DNA from: Laetmonice hystrix
Taxonomy: Eukaryota
NCBI GenBank assembly: GCA_965235115.1
Contig: OZ249436.1
Coordinates: 29,080,001-29,144,000, forward strand
Reading direction: 5' to 3'
DNA: 64,000 nt
The stretch's first letter is position 1. Each line of letters opens with the position of its first letter. Below are positions 37,823 through 50,100 of the stretch, piece by piece. A program made the position numbers and the translations under genes. The notes beneath the pieces are model-generated. The model saw only the letters and a list, made by a program, of their open reading frames with translations. It was not told the origin of the DNA and ran no database searches.

Positions 37823-40800
37823 ATGAAAGTGAAGATCAAAGGTAACTGCTATAAATAATTAATTAAGTATTGGGGCATTACCCATTAGCCTAGGGCAGGT
37901 ATGGTTCGCAGGTATAACGTTAGTCATTCTAGATCCAGGTAGATCTAGGTAGGTAGATCTACCCACTTTTATTTTGTTTTAATAAAAGTTTTATTAATTC
38001 TACAATATGATCTAGCTAGTCAATCTAACGTTAACGTTAGAGCTTATCGTATCGTATCCAAGATCCTATCCTCGTATAGCTTAGATGTGGCCACCCTAAT
38101 AATATCACGGGTTTCAATTAATAAATTGTTTTACATGGCCGGCCGCCTCAATATTTTGGCGCCGCCTCGATTTTTTTTATATTTTATATTTTTCAAAAAG
38201 TCCGTTTTTTTCATCCCCAAAACCGTCTCCCACAGTTCTGTCAGGGTGTTACAGTTAAAGTGACCCTCAAGGTATAGAAGGGCTGTACAAAATGTTGAGA
38301 AATTAAAAGTATTTTTCCAGTATTGGTGATCTCTGCTGTCCTTCTTGTCGAGGAAAAATATAAAATATAAAATGCCCTACTCACCAACATTTCAGAAGTT
38401 GGAGTCATGTAAAACAATTTATTAATTTTAAGTGGCCTAACATGTAGTACCCTGGCCTAGGCTAGGGCTAGGGCCTAGGCTCCTAACTTCGCGCACCTAG
38501 GCTAAAGGCTATGATGCACTGCGCTCCCCGACCCGATTGGTGACAATCGGTTTGGCGCCCGTTCGGGCCGGGAGGTGATCGGTGCCGATCAGATATCAAA
38601 TTTTTTTGATATTGAATCGGGGGGGTCGATCGGGAGTGCTTCGAGCCGAATGGGTCCCGACTGCCTATGACCCACTGGCGCCGATCACATCCCGAATTTG
38701 TGCAATCGGGAAGTGATCGGCCCCAAATTTTGTCCAGTGCATCATAGCCTTAAGGGTAAGGCCTCTCTAAGGCTAAAGGCTATGACGGACTGGACCAAAT
38801 CGGGGCTGATCACGTTCTGATTGCCTGAATTCGGGACGAGATCAGGCGTCAGTGGGTCATAGGTAGTCGGGACACAACCGGCACGAAGCACTCCCGATCG
38901 CCCGCCGATTCAATGTCAAAAAAGTTTGATATCTGATCGCGCCGATCGCCTCCCGGTCCGAATGGGCGCCGAACAGTGGGCAGTGCGTCATAGCCTTAAG
39001 CCTTGTTTTGCTGCACAATCATGTCGTCATCAGGGCTCTCCAAAGTGGCGGCTGCTTGGTGCGCAGCACATCCAAATCTACGCACCAGAACTATCAACCC
39101 CAGCAAATAAGAAGCCAGGCGTACGAGTCGGGAGGGGGAGGGGGCAGCCCCCCCCCCCCCCCCCCAATTTGGGCAAAACAGTGGGGACAATTGAGGCAAA
39201 GCAACCAGAACAAAAATTGGACAGAGAAATTTTGAGCAAATCAACCCCTCTGCCCCCCTTAACCAAAGAGTCCCCACTCGCCCATTTTAGCAGAGCTCTA
39301 TTTTACAAGAAAGGGGATGAGAGTAGGCGGCAGAGGTGTTGGGAAACAGACGGCCAAGTATAATCTTTTCAAATTAAAGTCAAATCTGCTAAACTTTGCC
39401 CCAAAAAGGTACTTTCTCCGTCACGCTTACTCCTGGGAGATTAAATGCATGGTTTACAGTGCTTTGACTTTTATGGGTCACTGGGGGACCACCAAATCAA
39501 ATGCGTCACCTAGGCCTGGTTCCCAAATCAATCTGTCGCTCAGTTTTCTCCTTGTCGCATTTGCCTTGTTGTCACTCCAATATGGGACATAGTGACAAAT
39601 GGACAGCCCTGATCATGCCAGCATAAATTTTCGTATCGCACTCAACCAAGTGCCATACATGTTATGTATTTTTATAATATTTCGGAAAAACTGACTAATC
39701 ACGTTTCAGTACTGTTCTGCTCAACCAAATCATAAAGGTACTGTCTACTGCTATGGCAGCCGTAATCTATTACGAACCCGCTAGCGCTATGACAGCGACT
39801 GAGCATGTGCAAATTTATAACCGTTTTGGTTTACGGCGGCAGTAAATGTATGTCACCGGCAATGCAAAAGTAGCAGCAAGCTGCGGCTCAGTGGGGTAAT
39901 GGTAGCATGTTCGACTTCCAAATAGAGACCCGGGATCGATACTCGCTCTGCCCAGGATGTAACCTATGGGTTATAGTTAAGGTTAGGGTTAGTTATATTT
40001 GGTTTTAGGCCAAAGTGGGCTGTCAGACTATTGGGCTGTCAGAATAACAGACCTAGGGCTCCCCTACCGAAGGAAGTGAGCTGAAATCACACATGTGCAG
40101 AAACAGTGCCAGAAACAGAAACTCAAGAAAATGGCTTTCAAATTACGGCTGCTGTAACACTATCCAGGGCTCGAAAAAAACCCACGTCCGGTAGTCCGGG
40201 ACAACTAGAATATGTCTCTGGGCAAGTAAAATTTAAGGTTTGTGTAGTATCATGTCTTGGTTACTACTTGCCCGAAGGGCAAGTTCGGGCAAGTAAAACC
40301 GGTAGGTCTTTTTCGAGCCCTGCTATCCTGTGCCAATAATAAAATCCATATTGTGGGCAGATGGACCAATCAAAAAGCAGTATTTTTACTGATAAAGTAA
40401 AAGTGAAGCAAGATTGTATTTAAAAAGAAAAAAGAAATGCCACTTATGATAGTAAATTTGCTGCTGTCAAAATTCCGTATTGGTGATTATTGTATCAGAT
40501 ACTTTTTCTAAGACCCATTATCTGGATTCACTTTGTTTCATGTTTGGTGCTGTATTGCTGTTCAAGGGTAAGTTTTAAGTTTTACCTGCTGTTTGCCAGT
40601 TTAATCTCAGTAATACTGAAGATACAATTTTCTTTTTTCATAGAATGAACACGCACTGTCACATATTTCTAGTATGCGGTTGTATTGTGATACATTAAAT
40701 ATGTAAATATCAGGACCTGAAGTGCATCATTGCAACATTTCCCAGCATTTCCCGAGAATTGAAAGAATGCATTCATCATGAAATTAACACTAATATGGAG

Positions 40801-42763
40801 CTTTCTTTTATTGTATCAAGATGGACAGCAGTTGCAACATGGCGTTGGGTTGCAAATGATGACAACTGTGGCATATGTAGAATGCCTTTTGATGGATGTT
40901 GTCCCGACTGCAAACTGCCCGGAGATGACTGCCCACTAGGTAAAGTGCTGTGCTACAGATTTGATTCCTTGAATGGAAGCCAGTCGAGGTTATGTGACGG
41001 CGCATCGGCCGTCCATCTGTCTGAGTTTACGAGAGCTACATTATGGGGCTTCTTGTCACTACGACTTTACACTCTGGGGTTGTTTTCACATTGTGGGGTG
41101 AGCCCTACAGTGAAGATAAGGGAATCTGTAGGAAAAGACATTATAAGGCTTTCTAAGCAGTGTGGGAGTAAAGCCTCACAATGCACTTTGCCTATGACCG
41201 GAAACTGCATGTCCGTATGAAAAAATGTTTGTGGTGGGGTACTTAGGAGAGGTACATTATGGGGCTTTTTTGATATTGTGGGTTGAACCCCACAATGACA
41301 ACGTACCTAATTTCAGTCCCACAAGGTACGGACAGAATGTTTTGCACAATGTAGCTGGCATAGTAGCTCCCGCCCCCTGTGAACTTTTATGATACAGTCC
41401 TCCCTCGCTATAGCGCCCCCCGTTTTACTGCCACCCTCGCATATAACGCCAAAATGTATTTGCACAGAAATCCCAATGTATTATCCCCATAGGTATCGCC
41501 AACCCTCGCTGCCAGGCCTCTTCCATGTCCAAATATATGAAAACCTATTAGATTCGCCCTCGTTATACCACCAGCATGTAGCGTCAATGCATATTATTAG
41601 GTCATTACGTGTTACGCAATGAACTTGGTGAGGCAGCAGTGTGGGCGGGAAGCAGGGTTTCAACACGTTTGAGGTCAGTTCAGTTCATAATCATGTCTGA
41701 GCATGGTCGGAGCGAATAATACCTAAACTTTAAAGCCAAAAACGGACTTTCTGATCAATTTTCTTTTATTAGACTTACAGAGATGAAGTAAACTTCGTTT
41801 GTAATGCACAAGGTGTACGCGGCAGGGTTGTAATTCAGGCTGGACCAAATTGACCAATTTTTTTTCAACAGCTGCCAAGCCCATGGCCATTAAAAAATGT
41901 GGGGAACGGTGGTTGGCTGGGTGTACTTAAGGCTCAAGATTGGCGTCCATGCACTTGTGTACATGCCTCTGTATATACCTTGCTATAACACCATCCTCGC
42001 TATACCGCCAACGGTGCCTATGTCCCAAGGCTGGCGCTATAGCAAGGGAGGACTGTAGTTACATTAACATGTCGTGGGGGGGGGGGGAGGACACCCCCCC
42101 CATTATTCAGCTACTTCCCCCCCCAAAAGATTTCCAGCGGGAAATATTTTGCATTACTCCCCCCCCCCCTCCAAACTCACACCATCCCCCCCCCCCACAA
42201 AAAGTCGAAAATCTCCAGGAAACCCTGAATCAGCAAAATCGGGTCAGTGTATGTAGGTCAACTAGCAACTGATTTGTGGAGCTTCTTGATTTCTTGATTG
42301 TGCTTAGGACTTGGTTTCGGCACTTTAACAAATAACGATGAATATCAATGAAATTTTTAACATGGGTTCGTATTGCCAATATCTCAGATCTCAATCTTTC
42401 AAATCCATGTGGCCTAAGTAGGTCAACTGCCCTCTCATTGGTCATGCTTGGGATTGGTTTTCATTTGGGTTCATGTGGCCAATATCTCAGACAAGTTCGA
42501 TTATCACATAACATCAGGGAAATGTTACCAATATCAAGGTTAAGCCAGTTCAGCCTCAGTCCCATGTCAGGCTTGTTTTGTTATTCTTTTACCAAACTAA
42601 TTTTCAAAATTGTGTTCATTATAATGATGTAATTCCTTCCATTTCAGTATGGGGACAGTGTTCACACTGTTTCCACATCCACTGTATCGTCAAGTGGCTG
42701 AACTCACAACAGGTGCACCAGCTCTGCCCCATGTGTCGACAGGAATGGAAGTTCAAGGAGTGA
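37823..42763 (+). CDS. ANAPC11: Anaphase-promoting complex subunit 11 (RING-H2); exons 37823-37841, 40567 (inferred 1-nt exon), 40821-40939, 42648-42763
   Basis: MKVKIK-G-WTAVATWRWVANDDNCGICRMPFDGCCPDCKLPGDDCPLVWGQCSHCFHIHCIVKWLNSQQVHQLCPMCRQEWKFKE*. Exon lengths 19+1+119+116 = 255 nt give 84 aa, close to recalled human APC11. Confidence 0.95.
38506..38996. mobile_element. Two adjacent, mutually inverted copies of a Harbinger-type MITE (38506-38750 and 38777-38996)
   Basis: Each copy is TAA|AGGCTATGA...TCATAGCCT|TAA; the interiors are reverse complements of each other. Confidence 0.8.
39885..39954 (+). pseudogene. Degenerate tRNA-Gly(TCC)-like sequence (SINE head or tRNA pseudogene)
   Basis: A-box-like TGGGGTAATGG, loop CTTCCAA, B-box-like GGATCGATAC; stems mispair. 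Followed by GGTTAGGGTTAG and duplicated GGGCTGTCAGA, suggesting a repeat context. Confidence 0.55.
40567..40567 (+). other. ANAPC11: Inferred single-nucleotide coding exon (G) of ANAPC11
   Basis: The upstream donor (37842) is phase 1 and the downstream acceptor (40820) is phase 2, so one base is missing. Context: U-rich tract ...tgtattgctgttcaag|G|gtaagt with a consensus donor. Confidence 0.75.
41395..42055. mobile_element. Tc1/mariner (pogo/Tigger-like) MITE
   Basis: TA|CAGTCCTCCCTCGCTATAGCGCC...GGCGCTATAGCAAGGGAGGACTG|TA. Confidence 0.8.
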
Positions 42764-44118
42764 AACCCTGTGCATTGGCAAAGAAAAGCAGTTTGACTTT
42801 GGGAGCACTTTGTAATGGCAGTTGGTTAGTCAAGTCTGAATTAAGATTTGCACTATAAGTGTATGTGACAGAAAGAATCATCAAAATGTAAAAATTGCAG
42901 CAAATCTTTCTTCAGACTTCAGGAAACATGGTCATGAAGCTCATATGTGCCGACCATCACAGAACATATAGTGCCATTACAAAGTGTGCCCTGTGAGTAC
43001 AACCAATTGGTGGAGATGGATAGAAGTCATACTTAAGGACTGAGGACCTATGGACCTAAGAACTGAGGGATATTGAAAACAAAGAGAACATTTATAAACC
43101 AATAACTTTTTAGTCTCTTAGAACTGAAGAATCAAGTGTGAAAGGAACAGAAAGGTCCAAGTTACCGAAAGTAGAAACTTATAACTGATTATACAGGCAG
43201 CTACGGATTATAGTGTTTATTACTGTTATTCAGGAAAACGTGTTTATTTGCTTGGCCTATGAAGGGATGCCCATTTGTTTCCATCCCATACGTACTTGGA
43301 ATTTGAGGTGTAAAAAAGAATTAATAAAGCATTCCACCCATTTAATTCTTATGCTTCATGTATTTGTTGAAATACTGGCCATATATTTCATGTCTTATAC
43401 CTCTCCCACTGATTTTGAATCCCCCTCAAGCCAGATGTGAGGTTTGTCAGTTACGTGTACTTGCTCTAAAGGCCCGGTCCCACTGCACTTACGGATGCAA
43501 AGAGTATGTAAAACCTAACAAAATCTTGCCATCCGTTGGAAAACGCTATGCATCTGTTGTGTACCCATTGCATACGTGTTTCATACGCTGTATCCATCGA
43601 GCATCCGTCCACTGTGATTTCATCCGCGCAAAAAGTTTTGAGCTGCACAAAACCTTTAAGGCCCGGTCCCACTGGCCAATGGACACAAAACGTATGCATA
43701 AAGGACACAGCGGACGAGCAAAATTTCGGGGGTGGCTCCATCCGTTTTCATCCGCTGCAGAAATGGACAAAATTGGCGAAAATTGGCGAAAACAGAATGG
43801 AAAAGAACGGACGTGGGTAGTATGTAGCGGGGATGTTAAACGGATGTTCATCGGAAGCCTAGTGGATGAAAGCGGATGGAAGTGGATGACAGCTCCGAAG
43901 GGGCTACCGGGGATAATTGTGTATATCACATGCAAACCGTTCACTGCGCATGCGGGGGGTATGAATTGCCTCCGCTCCGTGGATATAGGGATGCAGCACG
44001 CACGCAGTCAGCATAAAGCGGAAAGACGTGCTGGCGGCTACATCGATACATCTGTACTACATCTCGTTATTGAAGAAGGCTACATTGATACATCTCTACT
44101 ACATCTTGTATCAACACC

Positions 44119-45644
44119 ATGCGTCAGTCAGGCAAGAAAAGGAAGTCCGTGCCTACTCGTTCAAGCCCTGGCAAGGTGAAGAAGGCCAGAACCAGCACCC
44201 CACCCCCTGACACTGACTCTGATGGTGAAGCTGCTGCTGCTGCTGTGGTGGACCAGCCCCAAGGCCCTCAAGCCCCTCAAAGCTCTGCTGAAGGCCGTGA
44301 TGTTCAAGCCCCTGAAGGCCCTGATGCTCAAGCCCCTGAAGGCCCTGAACAAGCTCCTAAAGGCCCTGATGCTCAAGCTCATGAAGGCCCTGCTGAAGCC
44401 CCTGAAGGCCCTGAACAAGTTCCAGCCAGAGGGAGGAAGAGGCAAGGGAAGAAGAAGGGAGAGAGGAAGCAGTACACCGTTTCCGAGGAGCATTAGGATG
44501 ATTTGCTGGAATGGCTGAGGGAGAACGAGTACCTCTGGAGAAAGGGCCACAGACTGTATCGGGACAACAAGAAGAAGCAGGCAGCTTGGAGAGACAAGGC
44601 AGAGAGCCTGGGGTACACTGCAGAAGTAGGGGCTACTCCTTGGATGGTGGAAGCACATGCACTCCTGGTATGGGAAACTACACCTCAAGAAATCAGGGCA
44701 GGCCGCCGTCAAGCTCACCGACCGGGAGAAGTACGTCATGGCCAAGTGCAGTTTCCTGGAGGGTGAGACCCGCCACCGAGGAGCAGCCCCTCTGAGACCC
44801 CTCTCCCTCAGACAGCCCACAGACAGCCAGGCATCTTCAAGCCAGGAGCCACCTACCCTGTCCAGAGGGCCCCACAGCAGAGACCCCCTCGACAGCTACA
44901 CTCCCCATGGTGCCGAACTTGGAGGATCCCATGGAGGATGACGCCCTGCTGTCACAAATGGAGGAACAAGCGGCAGCCACCAGAGGCCAACCCACCCCCA
45001 CCTCCACCACCAGCTCCAGAGGACGCAGGCAGAGAGGCAGACTGGAGGGCCAGTACGACAGTGTGCTGTTGGAGATCAGGGACACAATGAAGACCAGCAC
45101 AGAACTTCTCTCTCAGCTGGTCGACTTGGACAGAGCATCCTCGGCCCGGAAGCCCTTCATCACCTACGTGAGCCAGACCCTGAGGGACCTGCCCGAGGCC
45201 AAGTACCAGGTGATGAAGCAGAAGATGACAGCACTTCTCCACAACCCTCAAGGCCCAGCTGAAGCTCGTCCTACCCAGTCCAGGTCTGCTCCTCCACCCC
45301 AGGCGACGTCACAGCCCTTCCCCGGCTTTCAACAGCACCTCACCTACCAAGGCTACGACTACCAGGACTTCCCACAGCAGAAGCAGAACTTCCCAGTCCA
45401 GGCCCAGGTTCATTGGACGCCACAGACGCCACTCCTCACCCAGCTGCAGACCAGACAGCCCCAGCACACTCATCCCAACCCTTCCTCTACCCCAGAGCCA
45501 AGGCCGTCAACGGACAATCTCTCAGCAGTATTGGGCTTGACATCTCAAGTCCTTGATGAAGGGTCTCTCAAACTCACGGGACTGAGTCAGCTCTCGGATA
45601 CCAACCTTGGCATCCTGGCCACACCACCACCTGCTGTACCCTAG
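44119..45644 (+). pseudogene. Harbinger Myb/SANT-like (MADF) DNA-binding protein with an in-frame stop and frameshifts
   Basis: LLEWLRENEYLWRKGHRLYRDNKKKQAAWRDKAESLG is MADF-like and follows a TAG at 44494-44496. N-terminal APEGP minisatellite at about 44260-44420. C-terminal PFITYVSQTLRDLP..YQVMKQKM resembles a BESS motif. Confidence 0.75.
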
Positions 45645-47104
45645 AGGCCAAGCACCCCAATGCCGCGTCAGACCAGCACACAAGCCACAGCCACAGTCAC
45701 TGCCTAACGCCTCACAGCTGAGACCATGGACATGACTCAGAGTGACTCAGAATAGTTTGAGAGACTGAGTTGTGATTGTGAACACTTGTGAGCAGCATTG
45801 TTTACTTATAAAAATGTTTTGTTTACTTAATAAAGTGTTGGTAAAGACTTTGAAAAAAATGGTTAAAACTTTGCATTTCTTTTTTAACTTAATAAAGTGT
45901 TGGTAAAAACTTTGAAACACTTGTTGTGAACACTTGTGAGCAGCATGTTTTTACTTATAAAAATGTTTAGTTTACTTAATAAAGTGTTGGTAAAAACTTT
46001 GAAAAAATGGTTAAACTATGTTGATGGACCAAGAAATGCCCGACTATGTTGATGGACCAAGAAATGCCCAACTTGGTTGCACTGGTAGTCCAAAATGCAA
46101 AGTCCCCTATCCCCATATAACTCCCTTTTCCCCGTATAAAATTTAAAGTCCCTCTCTCCTTTTGAAAGAGAAGTTCAAACACCCATCTACCATATTTAAC
46201 CCTGCCTAAAGGCCCTTTTTCAAACATATAAAATGTCCAAGGTGTTTTCCCATGCCCAACAATGTTGGTGGACCATAAAATGCAAAGAATGTTTCCATTA
46301 ATAGTCACCTGTCTCTGAGGTCAGTTATAAATATAATCATTGTTCCAAGATTAAATTTAATACAGTGACATTCATATTTAGAAGGAGACAATAACTTTGA
46401 TTTAACAATCAATTTACAAGAAATAAATTACATGGCCCATGTTTGGAGTCACATTTGGAATAAACGTTAACGCTAACGCTAATTTGAGTTAAACTTAACG
46501 TTACACACCCAAATTTAGAAAAAAAATCCCTGGTATTGTTATGTAGCCAAAAATTAAAATGGCTTTTTTGTTACCTTATTTATTAAAATAATTGAGTCAT
46601 ATACTATCTGTGAATAATTGGGCACAGAGAGTTCTGACTGACAGTGCAACCATAACAGCATGCTATGGTCCACCAACATAGTCTGGCCTGGAATCAGTTG
46701 GCCACAGTTTGGTCTTTATTTTTTATTGATGGGCAAAAAGGGCCCTTTCCACAAGGGATGTTGCACTTTATTATTATCTGGGAAAAAGGACTTTTGGACT
46801 TGGGGAAAGTTGTGGGATAGGGAAACCTCCGGACCTACGCTTGCAGTGCAACCATACTGGGACTGTATGTTTCACCATCCCAGCTGCCACACATATGAAC
46901 CTTTATTATCAATAACAATTTATTCAGTAATCAACACATTTTAAATCAAACAAAGCTGTTTATTAATGCCCTATTCAGTGTAGGACCCCACAACATACAT
47001 TTAATAACAATAAACAGCTACAAGTATACAACAGCATAGTAATGCAGTGTTCTTATGGCACAATCTCATCAGTCTTATGCAACAGTCTCAAGGAAGCATC
47101 CATT

Positions 47105-48343
47105 CTAATCATCTATCATCCTGTCTTGCCACTCCACTGATCCAGCTGGGCAGTTGCACCAGTGTCTCAGGAGGTTGCGCTTCTTCTTCCCTTCACGTGA
47201 AGCTCTGTTGGGGCCTTGTACATCCACAGTGTCCATAAGGTTACGTCCTTGCCTCCATTCACCAGGCCTCATGTCCCCATTCCCTTGTTGACGGTCGACA
47301 AGTCTGTTCTGCAACACTGGGAAGCGGGTGCGCATGAGATTGTGCAGGATGCAGCAAGCTTCCACGATGCTCCTCACAGTCTCTGGGTCATGCTGCATGG
47401 TGGTGAGAAGTATCTGAAACCTGTTGGCCAGGATGCCGAAGGCGTTCTCCACCACCCGTCTTGCCCTGGACAGCCTGTAGTTGAAGATCCTCTCTTCACG
47501 GGTGAGGGTGAACTGTACGGCTTCATGAGATAGGTTCTGAGGGAGAACGCGTCATCACCAATGATGAAGTAGGGCACATCTTGTGTGTCATTGGGAAGGG
47601 GGTCTGAACCTGGAAAGCCCATGATGAGGTTGCGTTCAAGTCCATCCATGAGGTCACTTGCGTTGTATATCTGGGCATCTGAAGCTGACCCGTTGCGTGA
47701 AGCATCGATGTAGATGAACTTGTAATCAGCATCAACCATGGCAAAGAGGATGATACTGAAGAAGCCCTTGTAGTAATAAGTGGACCCTGAGTTGGCTGGA
47801 GCTTTGTAGGCCACGTGCTTCCCATCTATGGCTCCAACGGTGTGGGGAAAGTTCCACCTCTGATACCAATCTTCTGCAAGTTGTCTCCAGCCTTGTTCAG
47901 TGGTGGGGCCTGAGGAGCTCGTCCACGTATTCTTCAACGATGGCCTCTACCACTTCTCTAACGACTTTGCTGATGCTGTTGTGTGGCACCCTCCATGCAT
48001 GTTTCTGTATGTGGTTCCAGAGGCCAGGTGCCACCTTCAGTCCAGGGTCCAGGTTGGGACGGAAGTTGGTGCTAGGCTTGGTCAACCTGGGTCTCAGACG
48101 CTCTACAAGTTCGTCAAACATGGCTGGTGGCATCCTCATGAAGTGACGGAATGCACGAGGGTCTTCATTCCTCAGCTCCACCATCAACTGGTCATACAGT
48201 CCAAACTCCATTCTTCTCACGATCCATCCTCGGACCCACACAGCTCTTGGACGTCCCCTTCTTCTCCTTCTTCTCCTTCTGTCTAAAACTTGATACAGTC
48301 TGAACAGGTTGTGGTTCTGCTGTTGAATGAGTGCAGCTATCAT
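47105..48343 (-). pseudogene. Harbinger transposase (HARBI1-like, DDE_Tnp_4), frameshifted
   Basis: Three overlapping ORF pieces: [96 protein letters not shown]. Confidence 0.9.
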
Positions 48344-50100
48344 ATGGAGGAGAACAATTGATGATGTTGATGATGTTGAAGACCAAGACCAAGGGTGATG
48401 AGGTCTCTACAGCATGGCTGCTTGACTTATACTGAGATCCAGATGATTTTCTCTCCCTTTTTATACAAAATATCGGTTATCCGCTAGGTGTCCTTCTACA
48501 TACTGTAGACATACTCCAGACATCCTAAATATACGATACATCCCAGATACAAGCGCTTTGTCCATTTTGAATACTTTATACGAGATGCATACGCTTACAT
48601 CCTTTCTATTTCCGTGCTACTAACGATGTATAGACGTTCCATGTACCTTATCTTTCCTCCCTCTTTCCGTTTTCAGCTGCAGTGGATGCGAGTTGCGAGG
48701 ATGCCCAGATGATGCAGAGAGGATACAGCAGACTTTTAACGGATGATAACGGACATAGAACGTTTGTTGCTTGTATATGTCGCGGATTTACATCGTACAC
48801 GGCGGAAAGTTCATCCGTTCTAAAAATTTTGTGCAGCTCAAAACTTTTTGCGCGGATGAAATCACAGTGGACGGATGCTCGATGGATAGAGCGTATGAAA
48901 CACGTATGCAATGGGTACACAACGGATGCATAGCGTTTTCCAACGGATGGCAAGATCTTTTCACGTTTTACATACTCTTTGCATCCGTAAGTGCAGTGGG
49001 ACCGGGCCTAGAACGAATGAACTTTCCGCTTAGTCAGATTCAGTATATATAAAGAATAAGAAACCATTGGCCGGATGCAAGGACATAGGGCAATTCCATG
49101 AGTAACGGACTGACATTTCAGAGAAAAATGATGTAGTTAGTTTCGAGAATAACCCAATCTGTGGATTTATGCGTATTTTCAGTTCCCAGGAAGTCAGAAT
49201 TTTCTAGCCTTTTCTCATTTTTGGAGACTGGCCTTTATTTCGCTGGTCAATCACAGAAGAATTCCATTAAACATGACTACCAAACGTACCCAACCTTAAA
49301 TCTAGGCTAGATATTAAGTTAAGCCATTCTTGGGATTAACTTCACAAAATGTTCTTGCATATGGCCACATGCGAGGCCACATGTGACCAGAGATCTGAGA
49401 CCCGCGACACCGGGACTACAAAAAATATTACGGACGACGACGATGATTTGAGGTTGGTGGGCTACTGTATTTTGGACATAAGAAGTATACATAACTCGTT
49501 TTAGCCATCTAACAGTCCACAAGTGTCACCATGTAGCAGTGCATACATAAGTCAGTGGGCAACATAATATGTGACCAGGGGCGGATCTAGGGTCTATATT
49601 CAGGGGGGGTCCGAGGGGGGTCCAGCATAAAAAGGGCAAATCGAGGGGGGGTCCGTTGTAAAACCAAAAGGCATTTTGGTTATAAAAAATTAAATTTGGC
49701 AAATTTGAGGGGGGGGGGGGGGTCCGGACGTCGCCGACACCCCCCCTGGATCCGCCACTGAATGTGGTGGAAGGGATCAACATTCCAGAGGAATAATTTT
49801 TCTAGAATAGCATTATACTGTCTTTTTCCATCATAAATAATAAATATAGAGTACAAAATGAATATGAACAAAATAATCATGAAAATGATTAGTACACTGA
49901 TAAAAATAGGGACAACCACTTTGATTTATAGTCAAGTCAACCACCACTTTAGAGAGTGGTTGTCCTTTCGTAACTGTTACATTAAAACTAGAAATATCCC
50001 ATGTCGGTACGTACCATACACACCAGGATAAATCCAGTCTTTCTTAACAATATGCATACAAAGAGCATGCATGCAACTGTCAGTAATTTTGTATAATGAC

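Larger units (their letters stand above)
43659..49009. mobile_element. Full-length but decayed PIF/Harbinger DNA transposon
   Basis: Terminal inverted repeats AGGCCCGGTCCCACTG (43659) and CAGTGGGACCGGGCCT (to 49009). Convergent MADF-domain and DDE nuclease genes inside; AT-rich tandemly repeated spacer at about 45780-46070. TSD imperfect (TTA/TA). Confidence 0.9.

Noticed and set aside
39885..39954. Functional tRNA-Gly gene
   Set aside because: Acceptor and anticodon stems mispair and the T-loop is mutated (GGATCGA); treated as a pseudogene or SINE head.
39960..40000. Telomeric repeat array
   Set aside because: Only one or two TTAGGG-like units inside a dispersed repeat.
40824..40830. Using cag|CA at 40828 as the exon-1 acceptor to avoid a 1-nt exon
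   Set aside because: It is in frame but deletes the conserved x-W-T residues that are still encoded intact immediately upstream, so it is less parsimonious.
40759..41220. 153-aa ORF as a single-exon ANAPC11
   Set aside because: Only 40821-40939 resembles APC11. The conserved MKVKIK start is at 37823 and the C-terminus at 42648-42763; the rest is intron read-through.
43358..44179. 273-aa ORF
   Set aside because: Runs across transposon termini and subterminal repeats; no recognisable domain.
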